Shown: positions 10,871 to 21,057, counted from the stretch's first letter. The stretch is 64,000 nt of DNA from an uncultured Verrucomicrobiota bacterium (GCA_964508705.1 CAZDUS010000002.1:67552-131551), one strand, 5' to 3'. The notes: generated from the sequence alone by a model not told the origin. Translations and numbers: made by a program.

Positions 10871-11947
10871 ATGGCGCGAATATTCAATTTTGGTGCGGGT
10901 CCTGCAACATTGCCTGTGGAAGTTCTGGAAGAGGCGCAGAAAGAGTTGCTGGATTTCAATGGGTCCGGCATGTCCATCATGGAACACAGTCATCGCGGCA
11001 AGGAATATGATGCTGTCCATGTTGAAGCCGTTGCCAACCTAAGCAAACTACTGGGGCTTTCCGATGATTACACGGTGCTGTTTATTCAGGGTGGCGCCAG
11101 CATGCAGTTTGCAATGGTCCCCGTGAATCTGTTGGGCGCTGGTCAGACAGCGGATTACGTCAACTCCGGGGCGTGGGCTGACAAGGCGGTCAAGGAAGCC
11201 AAGTTGGTCGGGAATGTAAATGTGGTGGCGAATACCGGCAAGGATATTCCCACCCGGATGCCCAAGAACGAGGATTTGAAACTTACCAAGGGCGCAGCGT
11301 ACGTTCATATCACGTCCAATGAAACCATAGCGGGGTCTCAGTGGAAGGTTTTTCCGAAGACCGAAGCGCCGCTGGTTGCGGATATGTCGTCGGATATTTT
11401 ATCCCGTCCGTTTGATATCAATCAGTTCGGTTTGATCTATGCCGGGGCCCAGAAGAATCTGGGGCCGTCGGGATTGGCTGTGGTGGTGATGCGGAAGGAC
11501 TTGGCAGAGCGTGTGCCAGCGCAGGCACCGACAATGCTCAAGTATAAGACCCATATTGAGGAAAACTCTCTGTACAACACACCGCCGACATTCGGCATTT
11601 ACATCTTGATGCTTGTAACACGCTGGATCTTGAAGATGGGGCAGGCGAATCTGTATAAGCAGAACGTGGACAAGGCGGCGAAGATATATCAAGTTCTAGA
11701 TAATGGGGCTTTCTACAAGGGGACAGCGGTCAAGGAGTTCCGGTCTGATATGAACATTACGTTCAGGTTGCCGACCGAGGCTTTGGAGGAGCAGTTTATC
11801 AAGGAGGCGTCCAAGGCGGGCATGAAAGGGCTTAAGGGGCATCGCTCCGTCGGCGGCATTCGCGCCTCGATATACAATGCATTCCCTGTTGCAGGTGTGG
11901 ATGCGCTGGTGTCGTTTATGAAGGAATTTGAGAAAAAGAACGGATAA
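10871..11947 (+). CDS. serC: Phosphoserine aminotransferase
   Basis: MARIFNFGAGPATLP is the typical SerC N-terminus and the rest is a class V aminotransferase body. The upstream part of the listed ORF (10640-10870) is low-complexity and unlikely to be coding. Confidence 0.9.
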   Translation: MARIFNFGAGPATLPVEVLEEAQKELLDFNGSGMSIMEHSHRGKEYDAVHVEAVANLSKLLGLSDDYTVLFIQGGASMQFAMVPVNLLGAGQTADYVNSGAWADKAVKEAKLVGNVNVVANTGKDIPTRMPKNEDLKLTKGAAYVHITSNETIAGSQWKVFPKTEAPLVADMSSDILSRPFDINQFGLIYAGAQKNLGPSGLAVVVMRKDLAERVPAQAPTMLKYKTHIEENSLYNTPPTFGIYILMLVTRWILKMGQANLYKQNVDKAAKIYQVLDNGAFYKGTAVKEFRSDMNITFRLPTEALEEQFIKEASKAGMKGLKGHRSVGGIRASIYNAFPVAGVDALVSFMKEFEKKNG

Positions 11948-12018
11948 TACTGCTTTGGACGGGGAATCGTACTTGACGGCGCCCCGTCTAATGTTTCAGA
12001 CTCCATCCCTTCTTTTAA

Positions 12019-12095
12019 GCGCCTGTAGCTCAATTGGATAGAGCGTCAGCCTCCGAAGCTGAAGGTTGCAAGTTCGATCCTTGCCAGGCGCACCA
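12019..12095 (+). tRNA. tRNA-Arg (anticodon CCG)
   Basis: 77 nt. Acceptor stem GCGCCTG/CAGGCGC, D arm GCTC/GAGC, anticodon stem-loop TCAGC-CTCCGAA-GCTGA, T arm GCAAG-TTCGATC-CTTGC, encoded CCA. Confidence 0.9.
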
Positions 12096-12140
12096 CATCG
12101 TGGCGATGATCGGCTCTCGGCATCTTGAGCCGGCAAGCTC

Positions 12141-14111
12141 TTAAGGTAAATGGATGTTGCGTCGGATGCGGTCGGTCAGAGTGGCGGCATCGGCACGATT
12201 CAATCGGTCCAGTACCCGTTCCCAGCGGTAGGCAAAACTTCCCTGTTCGTCGCGACTTCGATGCTTGAAGAGTGTGTCGAAGCCACGTTTCCGCTTGCGG
12301 TATTCCTGTTGGATGAAGATGAACCGTTCCATGAATGATTCGAGGTAGGTTGATGCCACTTCCTTGGGGCAGGCGATGAAAGGAAGCCGGCGGTTGATAG
12401 GAGCGGCATAACCGGGGGCTTGTTGCTCCAACGGATGCAAATACTCAGTAAATGTTCCTGTATGATCTGAAACGAGAATATCCTTTGGAATGCCGTCTTC
12501 GCCATCAACCAATATTTCGTCCCCATCATCAAAGAGGACCTGATTGGAGAGGTTCATTCGGCCCACAATGATATTGGGAGCAGCGGCCCGGCCGAGGACT
12601 TCTGCGAATTTCAGACTGTACCTAGGGTCCATGAAACGCGAGCGGGGGATTTTGTCTGTAGCCATTCCAGGGATGTATTCCCGCTCAAAGTACGTTGACC
12701 ATATTGTCTTTCCAGCGTATTCACGACGCGTTCCGTGATAAATCTCCGAGATTTTTCGCGTGGTATTCCGATGAGGCAGGTTCATGCCAAGCTGGCGGCA
12801 ACCCAGTCGACGGTCGAGAATGTAGTCGGTATATTCCTCGGCCTGCATAATGGCGGTGAGGAGATCTTTCTGTTCCTCGAGGTGTTCGCGGATTCCCCAT
12901 TTCTGCATGCGGAGAACACGGATGAGAGGACGATCAACCCGTCGCTGTTTGATTTCCGCCACATAGACGTCGCGCCGGCCTGAGGTGGTTGGTCTCTGGG
13001 ATAGCGAGCCGATGATTCTTCCCACATTAACGTATTCGATGTCGCCGAATTCGCGGACGAAGTTGAAGATAAACCCGCGAGCTTTTTCATCGCAGAGTGT
13101 CCGGTCATGCTCTTCGAAGACGGAGTCGAAAAGCAGTTCGCCTTCCTCGATGCGGCCGCCGGGGAGCCATTCGATCTGCATAAAAAACTCTGAACTCATA
13201 CCCATGATGAGCTCTTCCGGGACAGCTTGTTCGTTTTGGCCAATCAAGGCGGAAAACATCAGGTTCCGCCATTCCGTGTTGTCCGGGTTGTCCTCCAAGA
13301 TTTCAGGACGCACCGCTTGACCAAAATGGGCCTTGAGTGCCTCGAAGCAGACCCGCACGTTGGCGGATGTCATTGTAGAGACGTCGCACTGCGGGATATC
13401 GGCATGGGAAAATTTGCCACTGGTTCCGAAAAAGGCGATTTCAGGACGGCCCCTTCGATTATAGCGGCCGGAGAAATCCCGAATTTCGAGCAGATGAGAG
13501 ATGAGTTCTGCATCGGGAAGGTTGCCTAGTTCGGTGAATTGCTGATGGGTCAAGTACCGGGTTCCGCAGAGGCGGCTGTAATAATAAATGGAGCGCCCGC
13601 CGATAGGAATCTTCGACGAGAGGATCATTTGCTTCATTTCCTCTGGGCTCTGCGGCCATGGTGCTATACGCCAGTTTTCTCCACGTTGTTTGACTGACTG
13701 TCTGATTTTGCCATCAATAGCGTTAAGGAATTTAATTTGGCGTTTGGACACAAGCTCCTGAAGCAATTCATCGGCCTCAAAGGCCAGCGGCATGTTTTCC
13801 GGATCAGGGCGGATAAGAACAACGTTATCATCCATGATCAAGTCGACGGATTGTTGCCATTCGACCATTTCCTCTTCATCGGTAAAAGGTGGTAATCCAA
13901 AACCTTTGCGCTCGGCGTTGATTGCCTCGACATAGGCCATGCGTTGGGTGGCGTGAATACCGGGAAGGGTGACCAGTGTTCGGGCGCGGGGGAAGACTGT
14001 GCCGATCCGGGCCTTTAGATTCCCGGATGAATCTATCGCCAACGGGGGGGCTCCTATGATTCTGACTGCCATGTCTGAAAAATAGCATCGTTTTTGGGAT
14101 GTGAACAGCAT
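12141..14111 (-). CDS. Large conserved hypothetical protein; the C-terminal half shows a protein-kinase-like/AceK-like motif pattern (tentative)
   Basis: 656-aa ORF (alternative start MAVRIIG at 14072). VYVAEIK...RVLRMQKW, YFEREYIPG, AAAPNIIVGRMNLSNQVLF and ILVSDHTGTF resemble the lysine, hinge, catalytic-loop and metal-Asp elements of atypical kinases such as AceK. This is from memory only. Confidence 0.4.
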   Translation of the reverse strand: MLFTSQKRCYFSDMAVRIIGAPPLAIDSSGNLKARIGTVFPRARTLVTLPGIHATQRMAYVEAINAERKGFGLPPFTDEEEMVEWQQSVDLIMDDNVVLIRPDPENMPLAFEADELLQELVSKRQIKFLNAIDGKIRQSVKQRGENWRIAPWPQSPEEMKQMILSSKIPIGGRSIYYYSRLCGTRYLTHQQFTELGNLPDAELISHLLEIRDFSGRYNRRGRPEIAFFGTSGKFSHADIPQCDVSTMTSANVRVCFEALKAHFGQAVRPEILEDNPDNTEWRNLMFSALIGQNEQAVPEELIMGMSSEFFMQIEWLPGGRIEEGELLFDSVFEEHDRTLCDEKARGFIFNFVREFGDIEYVNVGRIIGSLSQRPTTSGRRDVYVAEIKQRRVDRPLIRVLRMQKWGIREHLEEQKDLLTAIMQAEEYTDYILDRRLGCRQLGMNLPHRNTTRKISEIYHGTRREYAGKTIWSTYFEREYIPGMATDKIPRSRFMDPRYSLKFAEVLGRAAAPNIIVGRMNLSNQVLFDDGDEILVDGEDGIPKDILVSDHTGTFTEYLHPLEQQAPGYAAPINRRLPFIACPKEVASTYLESFMERFIFIQQEYRKRKRGFDTLFKHRSRDEQGSFAYRWERVLDRLNRADAATLTDRIRRNIHLP

Positions 14112-14200
14112 TTATGGGTGGCCGACGAGGTGTGAGGAGGCGAGGGTGAAAGGGAGGATTATGGTTACGATTGTGTTTATGTTTATGTACGATAAGTCGC

Positions 14201-15121
14201 ATGAACAGCATATACACGACGACGATCACCGATGAAGCCAAACGGCGCGGTATTGCGATTCGGGTGATTGAATCGCAAACCCCTATTTTCATCCTTAGCC
14301 ATGGAGGGAAGGATATCCGGTGTTACAATTCACTGACTGATCACGTTGGGGCCGTGTCCTTTCATATGGCCCAAAACAAACACCTCGCGAATCATTTTTT
14401 GAAGACGAAGGGATTTGTCGTCCCCGAGCAGGAAATATTCTTGGATATGAAACATGCGGAATTTTTTTTGAAACGCCATGGGCGGATAGTTGTAAAGCCG
14501 TGTACGCAGTGGGGCGGGCGCGGTGTGTCAGTAGGGGTGACGACGGTTGATGACTTGCGGAAAGCGGTTAGCCGGGCAAAGCGTTATGAGGAGGATGTAG
14601 CCCTGGAACGTAGCGTATGCGGCGAAGATTACCGTCTTATATTTGTGAACTACCGGTATGTGGCGGCGATCCTCCGGAAACCGGCAGAGGTGACCGGCAA
14701 CGGGAAGGATTCGGTAAGGCAGTTGGTCATACGTCGCAACAGGGAGGCCCGACTCCGAGATCGTAGTAACGTGATACCGCTGGATATGGAAACCGAGCGT
14801 AATCTGCGGGAGCTAGGATGGGATTGGGGCGACATACCCCGAAAGGGTCAGAGGGCGCAGGTACGGTTAACATCCAACTATCATACCGGTGGGACGGTGG
14901 AGATTGTGACGGATCGAGTTCCACGGGAGCTTGTCAGGACAGCTGGACGGGCGGTTCGCGCCTTAAACATTCCGGTTATTGGAGTGGATTTTCTTGTGGA
15001 TGCGAAGAGGGGGCGGAATTGGATTATTGAGTTGAGTCCGGATTTGGCGATTTCGCCGCCGGAGGGTGAAGAAGTGGCGAGGCGATATATTGATTATTTG
15101 TTTCCCGAGACAGCAGGCTGA
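14201..15121 (+). CDS. Stand-alone ATP-grasp ligase resembling the cyanophycin-synthetase/RimK-type ATP-grasp domain
   Basis: ITDEAKRRGI...NKHLANHFLKTKGFVVPE...IVVKPCTQWGGRGVSVGV...GEDYRLIFVNYRYVAA matches the ATP-grasp pattern. It is divergent from the 656-aa ORF. Confidence 0.65.
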   Translation: MNSIYTTTITDEAKRRGIAIRVIESQTPIFILSHGGKDIRCYNSLTDHVGAVSFHMAQNKHLANHFLKTKGFVVPEQEIFLDMKHAEFFLKRHGRIVVKPCTQWGGRGVSVGVTTVDDLRKAVSRAKRYEEDVALERSVCGEDYRLIFVNYRYVAAILRKPAEVTGNGKDSVRQLVIRRNREARLRDRSNVIPLDMETERNLRELGWDWGDIPRKGQRAQVRLTSNYHTGGTVEIVTDRVPRELVRTAGRAVRALNIPVIGVDFLVDAKRGRNWIIELSPDLAISPPEGEEVARRYIDYLFPETAG

Positions 15122-16245
15122 ATGGATGGGGTAGTGCCTGAGCCTGGGATGAGCGTGATAACGGTGATTTCCGGTGGGGCGAAGACTCGTAACGGGGGGC
15201 CCCATGTGCCTGTACCCCGGCTTACATATAGTTTGGACCGTTTGCCAATATCATGGATGCCCGTGGTGAGCGGGTATATCAGATGGGTGACCAGATGGAA
15301 CGGGAATACTTGGCCTCCATGAGTGTGACCTGAGAGTTGCAGATCGAATCGGTCAAGCGAGCGTGGGTCGATCCGAGGTTGGTGTTTCAGCAGGATTGTG
15401 AACTGGGACCGGGGTCCATGAAGAGGGAGCCTAGCCTCGCTGGCGGCATCGCTTGAGCCAAGGAACCGCCCAGTAAGATCATCGGCCCCATAGAGAAAGA
15501 GGGCATCGTTGATTGACACCCCGCATCCGCGCAGGAGGCAAAATCCTGCTTTATTATGCAGGCTGATAGAGTCTGTCATACCGGCGTAAAACTCATGATT
15601 TCCCAGAACGGCATATTTTCCCAAGGGTGGTTTCAGGGTTGCCCATTGATCAGCTAGGCTGCCGACATTGCGCACGGATGAATCGATGAAATCCCCGGTG
15701 CTGAGCAGGAGGTCAGGTGCAAGATCGCGGATAGACTTCACGAGCGACTGGTTCCATCGTTCACTGCGGACGGTGCCAAGATGAACATCGGAGACTTGAA
15801 CGATTTTAATGGGGGCTGACCCAGAAGGAAGGCCGGGCGCGATGAACATCATTTCCCGGTGAATAGGACGTGAGGCTTCCACCAGCCCCCAGCAGGTGGC
15901 CACAAGGACAAACATCGCGGAGATAACACTGTGGGCGCGGGGTGAAAGCCTGAATCGGTGGAAAAGAACGTTCCAAAGGCTGATTGCCCAGCCAGCCATG
16001 CAAAACCAGAAGACCCAGACCATCCATAAAAATGCCGTCCGATTAACGCATCGTGCCAAGGTAATGTGTCCATTGTGATCCAGTGTTCTTCCCGCGAACG
16101 GTAGGGCGATGAGAAGCATGAATAGGGCGATCAGCAGGAGGCGAGATTGACGCGGGAGCACCCATAAGGTTGTGATATGCCGGTATATATACGCGTGCAT
16201 ACCCGCGTAGAGGGCTATCACGAAGATCAGGAAAAAGGCGAACAT
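15094..16245 (-). CDS. Membrane-anchored metallophosphoesterase
   Basis: N-terminal hydrophobic helices, then VSDVHLG, GDFID, GNHEF and SGHTHGGQ calcineurin-like motifs. ATG at 16245 avoids overlap with aroE. Confidence 0.8.
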   Translation of the reverse strand: MFAFFLIFVIALYAGMHAYIYRHITTLWVLPRQSRLLLIALFMLLIALPFAGRTLDHNGHITLARCVNRTAFLWMVWVFWFCMAGWAISLWNVLFHRFRLSPRAHSVISAMFVLVATCWGLVEASRPIHREMMFIAPGLPSGSAPIKIVQVSDVHLGTVRSERWNQSLVKSIRDLAPDLLLSTGDFIDSSVRNVGSLADQWATLKPPLGKYAVLGNHEFYAGMTDSISLHNKAGFCLLRGCGVSINDALFLYGADDLTGRFLGSSDAASEARLPLHGPRSQFTILLKHQPRIDPRSLDRFDLQLSGHTHGGQVFPFHLVTHLIYPLTTGIHDIGKRSKLYVSRGTGTWGPPLRVFAPPEITVITLIPGSGTTPSIQPAVSGNK

Positions 16246-16250
16246 TGGAG

Positions 16251-17117
16251 TCAGTGTTTGTACAAAGCGCTTTCGAGGGCTTGGCGCATGATGTCCACAG
16301 GAGCAGGTTTGCCCGTCCAAATGGAGAGGGCTTCCGCTCCCTGATGCAACAGCATCCCGAGCCCGTTAACGGCGCATGCGCCTGCTTGGCTGGCTGTACG
16401 GGTGAAAGAGGTTTCCGGGAGATTGTAGACCAAGTCAAAGGCTATTTGCCCTTTAGTGAATGCCTCCAGAGCTAGTGGTGGGGGATCATCCGGTTTCATA
16501 CCCACGGGTGAGGCTTGAACAACGAGTGAGGAGGAACGAGCGGAGGCTACCCAACGGTCACGGGAAGCCCCAATTACCTCGACGGGGATTCCCGGCGCGA
16601 ATGAGTTGATGTCACGGGCCACCGCTTCGCAGCGGAGAGGGTCGACGTCGGCGAGCATGATTCGTTTGCAGCCTTCAACGGCGGTGGTGATAGCCACAGC
16701 GCGGCCTGCGCCGCCGCAACCTAGAATGAAGATGTCATGGTGATGAGTAGAGGCTCCAAAGGCTTCCTTTATGGCACGGAGGAACCCTTTGCCGTCGGTG
16801 TTGTGACCTCGCAGTCCGGACGGCAGGAATTGAACGGTATTGACCGCCCCGAGCTGGCGCGCGGACACATCAAGATCGGCCAGTCCACGAAAGGCGACTT
16901 CCTTGAGCGGCACGGTGAGGTTCACTCCGGCAAAACCCATGTCGGCCATACAGGGAAGTGTTGTCATAAGCCGGTCAGGATGCACATCGAAGGCCAAGTA
17001 GATGCCATCGATGCCGAGGGCTTCGAGAGCCGCGTTATGCATTACAGGTGACAAGGTGTGGCCGATGGGGTGCCCCAGGACGGCAAATGGCTTGGTATGG
17101 CCGCTAAGCACTTTCAC
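16251..17117 (-). CDS. aroE: Shikimate dehydrogenase
   Basis: VLGHPIGHTLSPVMHNAA, NLTVPLK, NTDGKGF and GCGGAGRA motifs. Confidence 0.9.
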   Translation of the reverse strand: MKVLSGHTKPFAVLGHPIGHTLSPVMHNAALEALGIDGIYLAFDVHPDRLMTTLPCMADMGFAGVNLTVPLKEVAFRGLADLDVSARQLGAVNTVQFLPSGLRGHNTDGKGFLRAIKEAFGASTHHHDIFILGCGGAGRAVAITTAVEGCKRIMLADVDPLRCEAVARDINSFAPGIPVEVIGASRDRWVASARSSSLVVQASPVGMKPDDPPPLALEAFTKGQIAFDLVYNLPETSFTRTASQAGACAVNGLGMLLHQGAEALSIWTGKPAPVDIMRQALESALYKH

Positions 17118-18712
17118 AGCGGGTTTCTCCCGCGTGCGCTTTTGAGGGCGACTGCTGTGCCGGCGCGCTTGGATTTCCGCTGCATGGTGCGATTAAAGAG
17201 CAGACGGTTGACGCAGGAGAGATAGGCCTTGGCGCTCGCCTCGACGATGTCTGTGCTGGCGGCCTTTGCACTGATGATGTCCTTGCCGAATTGTACCCGT
17301 GCGGTAACTTCGCCCATGGCGTCTTTTCCTACCGTGATGGCTTGGAGCGAGAAATCCAAGAGACGTCCCTGGATTTTTGTAATTCGATCGATGGTCTTCA
17401 GGGCGGCATCCACGGGACCATCACCGCAACCAGCGTCCTGGAAGACTTCATTACCCTTCTTCAGGCGAAGTGTGGCGGTTGGCACTGTGGCCGTCCCTGC
17501 TGTCACCTGGAGGTAGTCCAGCGAATAAGCGTTCTCGACGACATCCATTTGATCCCTGGCAATGGAGATCAGGTCGTCATCATAGACGTGCTTTTTCTTG
17601 TCGGCCAGCTCGATGAACCTGTGGTAGGCGCGCTCGATTTCCGCGTCGGTTAATTTCATTCCCATCTTGGCCATTTTATCGCGGAAGGCGTGGCGACCGG
17701 AATGTTTGCCGAGGACGAGATCGGAACCATCGATGCCGATATCCTCCGGGCGCATGATTTCATAGGTGGTGCGCTCCTTCAGGATACCGTCCTGATGGAC
17801 TCCCGATTCGTGCGCGAACGCGTTGGCGCCGACGATGGCCTTGTTTCGCTGAACGAGCATACCGGTCATGCGGCTGACCATTCGGCTGACGCGGTGGATT
17901 TCCCTGGTTTCGATCCCGGTGTGGAGGCCGAATGAGTCATGGCGGGTGCGAAGGGCCATAACGACCTCTTCGAGGGAGGTGTTGCCGGCTCGTTCTCCGA
18001 GCCCGTTGATGGTACATTCGATCTGTCGGGCACCGGCCTCGACGGCGGCCAGTGAATTGGCAACAGCCATTCCGAGGTCGTTGTGGCAATGGACGGAGAT
18101 GACGACGCCGGGAACGCTGGCTTTGACGCGTTTGGCCACATAGCCGATCATTTCGCCGTATTCGGCGGGGATGGCATAGCCGACTGTGTCGGGGATGTTA
18201 AGGGTGGTGGCGCCAGCTTCAGCCACGGCGGTATAAAGGTCAACGAGGTAGTCCCAATCTGCGCGAGTGCAGTCCTGTGCCGAGTATTCCACGTCATCGG
18301 TGAAGGTGCGCGCGAATTGGACAGCCTTGACCGAGCGTTCGATGTTCTGGGCTCGCGTCATTTTAAGGATTTTCTCGAGGTGAATATCACTGCCGGAGCT
18401 GAAGGTGTGAATGCGCCGCTTGGCGGCCGGGGCGATGGCTTTTCCTGCACAGTCGATGTCTTTTTCCACGGTTCGCGACAGGGCGGCAATGGTAGGTCCC
18501 GAGACGCTTTCGGCAATGGCGTGAACGGCATTGAAGTCATCTGGTGAAGCGATGGGGAATCCCGCTTCGATAACATCCACCTTCAGGGCGGCAAGGGCAT
18601 AGGCGATCTCGAGTTTTTCGCGGTGGTTCAGGCTACAGCCCGGCGCCTGTTCGCCATCTCGAAGCGTCGTGTCGAAAATAATGACTCTGTTCTTGTCTTG
18701 TTTTGTGCTCAT
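17114..18712 (-). CDS. leuA: 2-isopropylmalate synthase
   Basis: IFDTTLRDGEQ and HCHNDLGMAVANSLAAVEAGA motifs plus a C-terminal LeuA dimerisation/regulatory domain. ATG at 18712 (MSTKQDK) is preferred. Confidence 0.9.
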   Translation of the reverse strand: MSTKQDKNRVIIFDTTLRDGEQAPGCSLNHREKLEIAYALAALKVDVIEAGFPIASPDDFNAVHAIAESVSGPTIAALSRTVEKDIDCAGKAIAPAAKRRIHTFSSGSDIHLEKILKMTRAQNIERSVKAVQFARTFTDDVEYSAQDCTRADWDYLVDLYTAVAEAGATTLNIPDTVGYAIPAEYGEMIGYVAKRVKASVPGVVISVHCHNDLGMAVANSLAAVEAGARQIECTINGLGERAGNTSLEEVVMALRTRHDSFGLHTGIETREIHRVSRMVSRMTGMLVQRNKAIVGANAFAHESGVHQDGILKERTTYEIMRPEDIGIDGSDLVLGKHSGRHAFRDKMAKMGMKLTDAEIERAYHRFIELADKKKHVYDDDLISIARDQMDVVENAYSLDYLQVTAGTATVPTATLRLKKGNEVFQDAGCGDGPVDAALKTIDRITKIQGRLLDFSLQAITVGKDAMGEVTARVQFGKDIISAKAASTDIVEASAKAYLSCVNRLLFNRTMQRKSKRAGTAVALKSARGRNPL

Positions 18713-18761
18713 GCATGAATCTCCCTGAAGGATGGAAATTTCAGATATTAAACGATATAGA

Positions 18762-19250
18762 TCATTCCTTATCCATGGCAACAATACCTGACCTGGAAAC
18801 ATCCAGAACCTTGAAAGGCTTCATTAATTCCATAAAATCGTTCACCTCTGTCTGTTCAGCGGTCAGATGAATCACAAGTGAATCGGAACGAACGGCGACG
18901 ACGCTTCCGCCAAAAACGTCTGCCAGTTCGATGATTTCAGACCGATTTTTGCGGCTGGCTGCAACCCGAATCAGGAGGCATTCCCGGTTCAGGAATGGAT
19001 CCTTGGTGAGATCGGTTACCGTGATCACGTCCAACTGTTTGGCAAGTTGCTTACTGACTTGTTCGAGGACGCGGTCATCGCCGGGGACCTGCATGGTCAT
19101 TCTTGAGATTGTCGGATCCTGGGTGGGGCCGACGTTTAGGCTCTCGATGTTGTATCCACGCCCGGAGATCAGTCCGACGACGCGAGCGAGTACGCCGGGT
19201 TGGTTTTCGATTAACGCGGTGATGGTGTGTTTTCTGATGCTGTTGTTCAT
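18762..19250 (-). CDS. ilvN: Acetolactate synthase small (regulatory) subunit
   Basis: 162 aa with an ACT domain (ENQPGVLARVVGLISGRGYNIESL). It lies directly downstream of ilvB. Confidence 0.9.
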   Translation of the reverse strand: MNNSIRKHTITALIENQPGVLARVVGLISGRGYNIESLNVGPTQDPTISRMTMQVPGDDRVLEQVSKQLAKQLDVITVTDLTKDPFLNRECLLIRVAASRKNRSEIIELADVFGGSVVAVRSDSLVIHLTAEQTEVNDFMELMKPFKVLDVSRSGIVAMDKE

Positions 19251-19264
19251 GGCGATATTCCTGA

Positions 19265-20983
19265 TTAGATCATTCTGAGAAGCATTTCGTTCAAGGCGGC
19301 TCCGACGGGCACCATCGGGTACACGTTTTCGTCAGGTTTGACAATGCATTCAACGACGACGGGACGGTGCATGGCAATAGCCTTTTTGAGGGCGGACGTG
19401 ACTTCGCTTTTCTTTGTGACCCGCATCCCGACAGCGCCATGTGCCTCGGCAAGCTTCACGAAGTCCGGCAAGTAAACCGGTGGTTTTGATTTTATCCGTT
19501 CAACCTTTCCGCGCATATCTTGCCCGAGACGCACGGCGGCATATTCCTTTTTATAGAACATTTCCTGCCATTGACGTACCATGCCGAGGTAGCCGTTGTT
19601 CAGGATGACCACGATGATGGGGAGGTCGTGCTCCACGGCCACCACGAGTTCCTGGAAGTTCATCTGGATGCTGCCGTCGCCGGTGATGGTGACGACTTTG
19701 CGGTCGCGGAAGGCAGACTGGACGCCGATGGCGGCGGGGAGACCGAAGCCCATGGTTCCCAATCCCCCGGAGGTGATAAAGGTTCGGGGTTTGGTGTAGT
19801 CGTAGAAATGGGCGGCCCACATCTGGTGTTGGCCCACGTCGGTGACAATAATTGCGTCGCCCTTTGTGACTTCGCCGATTTTGTCGATCACGAATTGAGG
19901 TAAGAGGTCGGTTGATTCCTTGTCATAGGAGAATGGGAATTCCGAGGTCCATTTTTTGCATTGGGCGAGCCACTCCTTGCGGTCCACTGTTTCGACCAGA
20001 TGTGTCAATTCCTTCAGCACCGGTTTGACATGGCCGATCACGGGTATGTCGATGGGAACGCTTTTGGAGATGGCCGACGGGTCGATATCCACATGGGCCT
20101 TGGTGGCGTACGGGGCGAAGCGCGAGACCTTGCCGGTTACACGGTCATCGTATCGTGCGCCGATGGAGATGATCAGATCGCATTCGCTGATGGCCTGGTT
20201 GGCGGCGACGCTGCCGTGCATGCCTGGCATGCGCAGGGCAAGTGGGTCTGTATCCGGGAATCCTCCGATACCCATCAAGGTTGTGGTGACAGGTATTTTT
20301 GCTTTCCTGGCGAAGGCGGTTAATTCGGCTGAGGCGCTGCCGCTGATTACGCCACCACCGGCAAGGATTACCGGCTTGCGGGAGTTGCTGATGGCCTTAA
20401 TGAGAGCGTTGATTTGTTTTGGATCAGGTTCATAAACCGGCTTGAGGCCCCTACGCTGGACTTTATCGGAAGCGATGGCATCCGTCTGTTGCTGCTGGAT
20501 ATCCTTGGGGATATCGACAAGGACGGGCCCCGGTCGACCGCTCTGTGCGATATGGAAAGCCTCGGCGATGATGTCGGGTATATCGTCGACGCGTTTGACG
20601 AGATAGTTATGTTTTGTGACGGCGCGGGTGATGCCGATGGTGTCCGCTTCCTGAAAGGCGTCGTTGCCGATCATGGAGGAGGGGACCTGGCCGGAGATAC
20701 AGACGACCGGGATTCCGTCCATATTGGCGGTGGCGAGGCCGGTTACGGTATTGGTGGCACCGGGTCCGGAGGTGACTATGCAGCAGCCCGTCTTGCCGGT
20801 TGCGCGGGCATAGCCATCCGCCATATGAGCGGCTCCCTGTTCATGGCGAACGAGAACGAATTCGAACGGTGCGTTGTAGAGTTCGGAAAAAATATCCAGA
20901 ACGGTTCCACCTGGAAGTCCGAAGACGGTTTTAACCCCAGCATCCGCTATAGCGTCGATAACACACTTGGCCCCTTTTCTCAT
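19265..20983 (-). CDS. ilvB: Acetolactate synthase large subunit (ThDP-dependent)
   Basis: 572 aa with the ThDP-binding motif GDGSIQMNFQEL...NN and a typical AHAS N-terminus (VFGLPGG). Confidence 0.95.
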   Translation of the reverse strand: MRKGAKCVIDAIADAGVKTVFGLPGGTVLDIFSELYNAPFEFVLVRHEQGAAHMADGYARATGKTGCCIVTSGPGATNTVTGLATANMDGIPVVCISGQVPSSMIGNDAFQEADTIGITRAVTKHNYLVKRVDDIPDIIAEAFHIAQSGRPGPVLVDIPKDIQQQQTDAIASDKVQRRGLKPVYEPDPKQINALIKAISNSRKPVILAGGGVISGSASAELTAFARKAKIPVTTTLMGIGGFPDTDPLALRMPGMHGSVAANQAISECDLIISIGARYDDRVTGKVSRFAPYATKAHVDIDPSAISKSVPIDIPVIGHVKPVLKELTHLVETVDRKEWLAQCKKWTSEFPFSYDKESTDLLPQFVIDKIGEVTKGDAIIVTDVGQHQMWAAHFYDYTKPRTFITSGGLGTMGFGLPAAIGVQSAFRDRKVVTITGDGSIQMNFQELVVAVEHDLPIIVVILNNGYLGMVRQWQEMFYKKEYAAVRLGQDMRGKVERIKSKPPVYLPDFVKLAEAHGAVGMRVTKKSEVTSALKKAIAMHRPVVVECIVKPDENVYPMVPVGAALNEMLLRMI

Positions 20984-21023
20984 TTTTTCTTTCCTTTCGT
21001 AATCGCCCGATTATATGCATCTA

Positions 21024-21057
21024 AACAAAAAAACCCACCGCTTTTTGAGGTGGGTTT
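21024..21057 (-). terminator. Rho-independent terminator hairpin in the ilvB 5' leader (candidate attenuator terminator)
   Basis: The minus strand reads AAACCCACC-TCAAAAAGC-GGTGGGTTT followed by TTTTGTTT. It lies about 40 nt upstream of the ilvB ATG and 24 nt downstream of the stop of a Val/Leu-rich mini-ORF. Confidence 0.75.

Noticed and set aside
11713-12033. A 106-aa minus-strand ORF overlapping the serC 3' end and the tRNA-Arg
   Set aside because: It overlaps a well-formed tRNA and the serC coding region, and it has no recognisable motifs.
16246-16320. The N-terminal 25 codons of the metallophosphoesterase ORF overlapping aroE by 70 nt
   Set aside because: The internal ATG at 16245 starts directly at the first transmembrane helix and removes the overlap. 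The longer form is unsupported.
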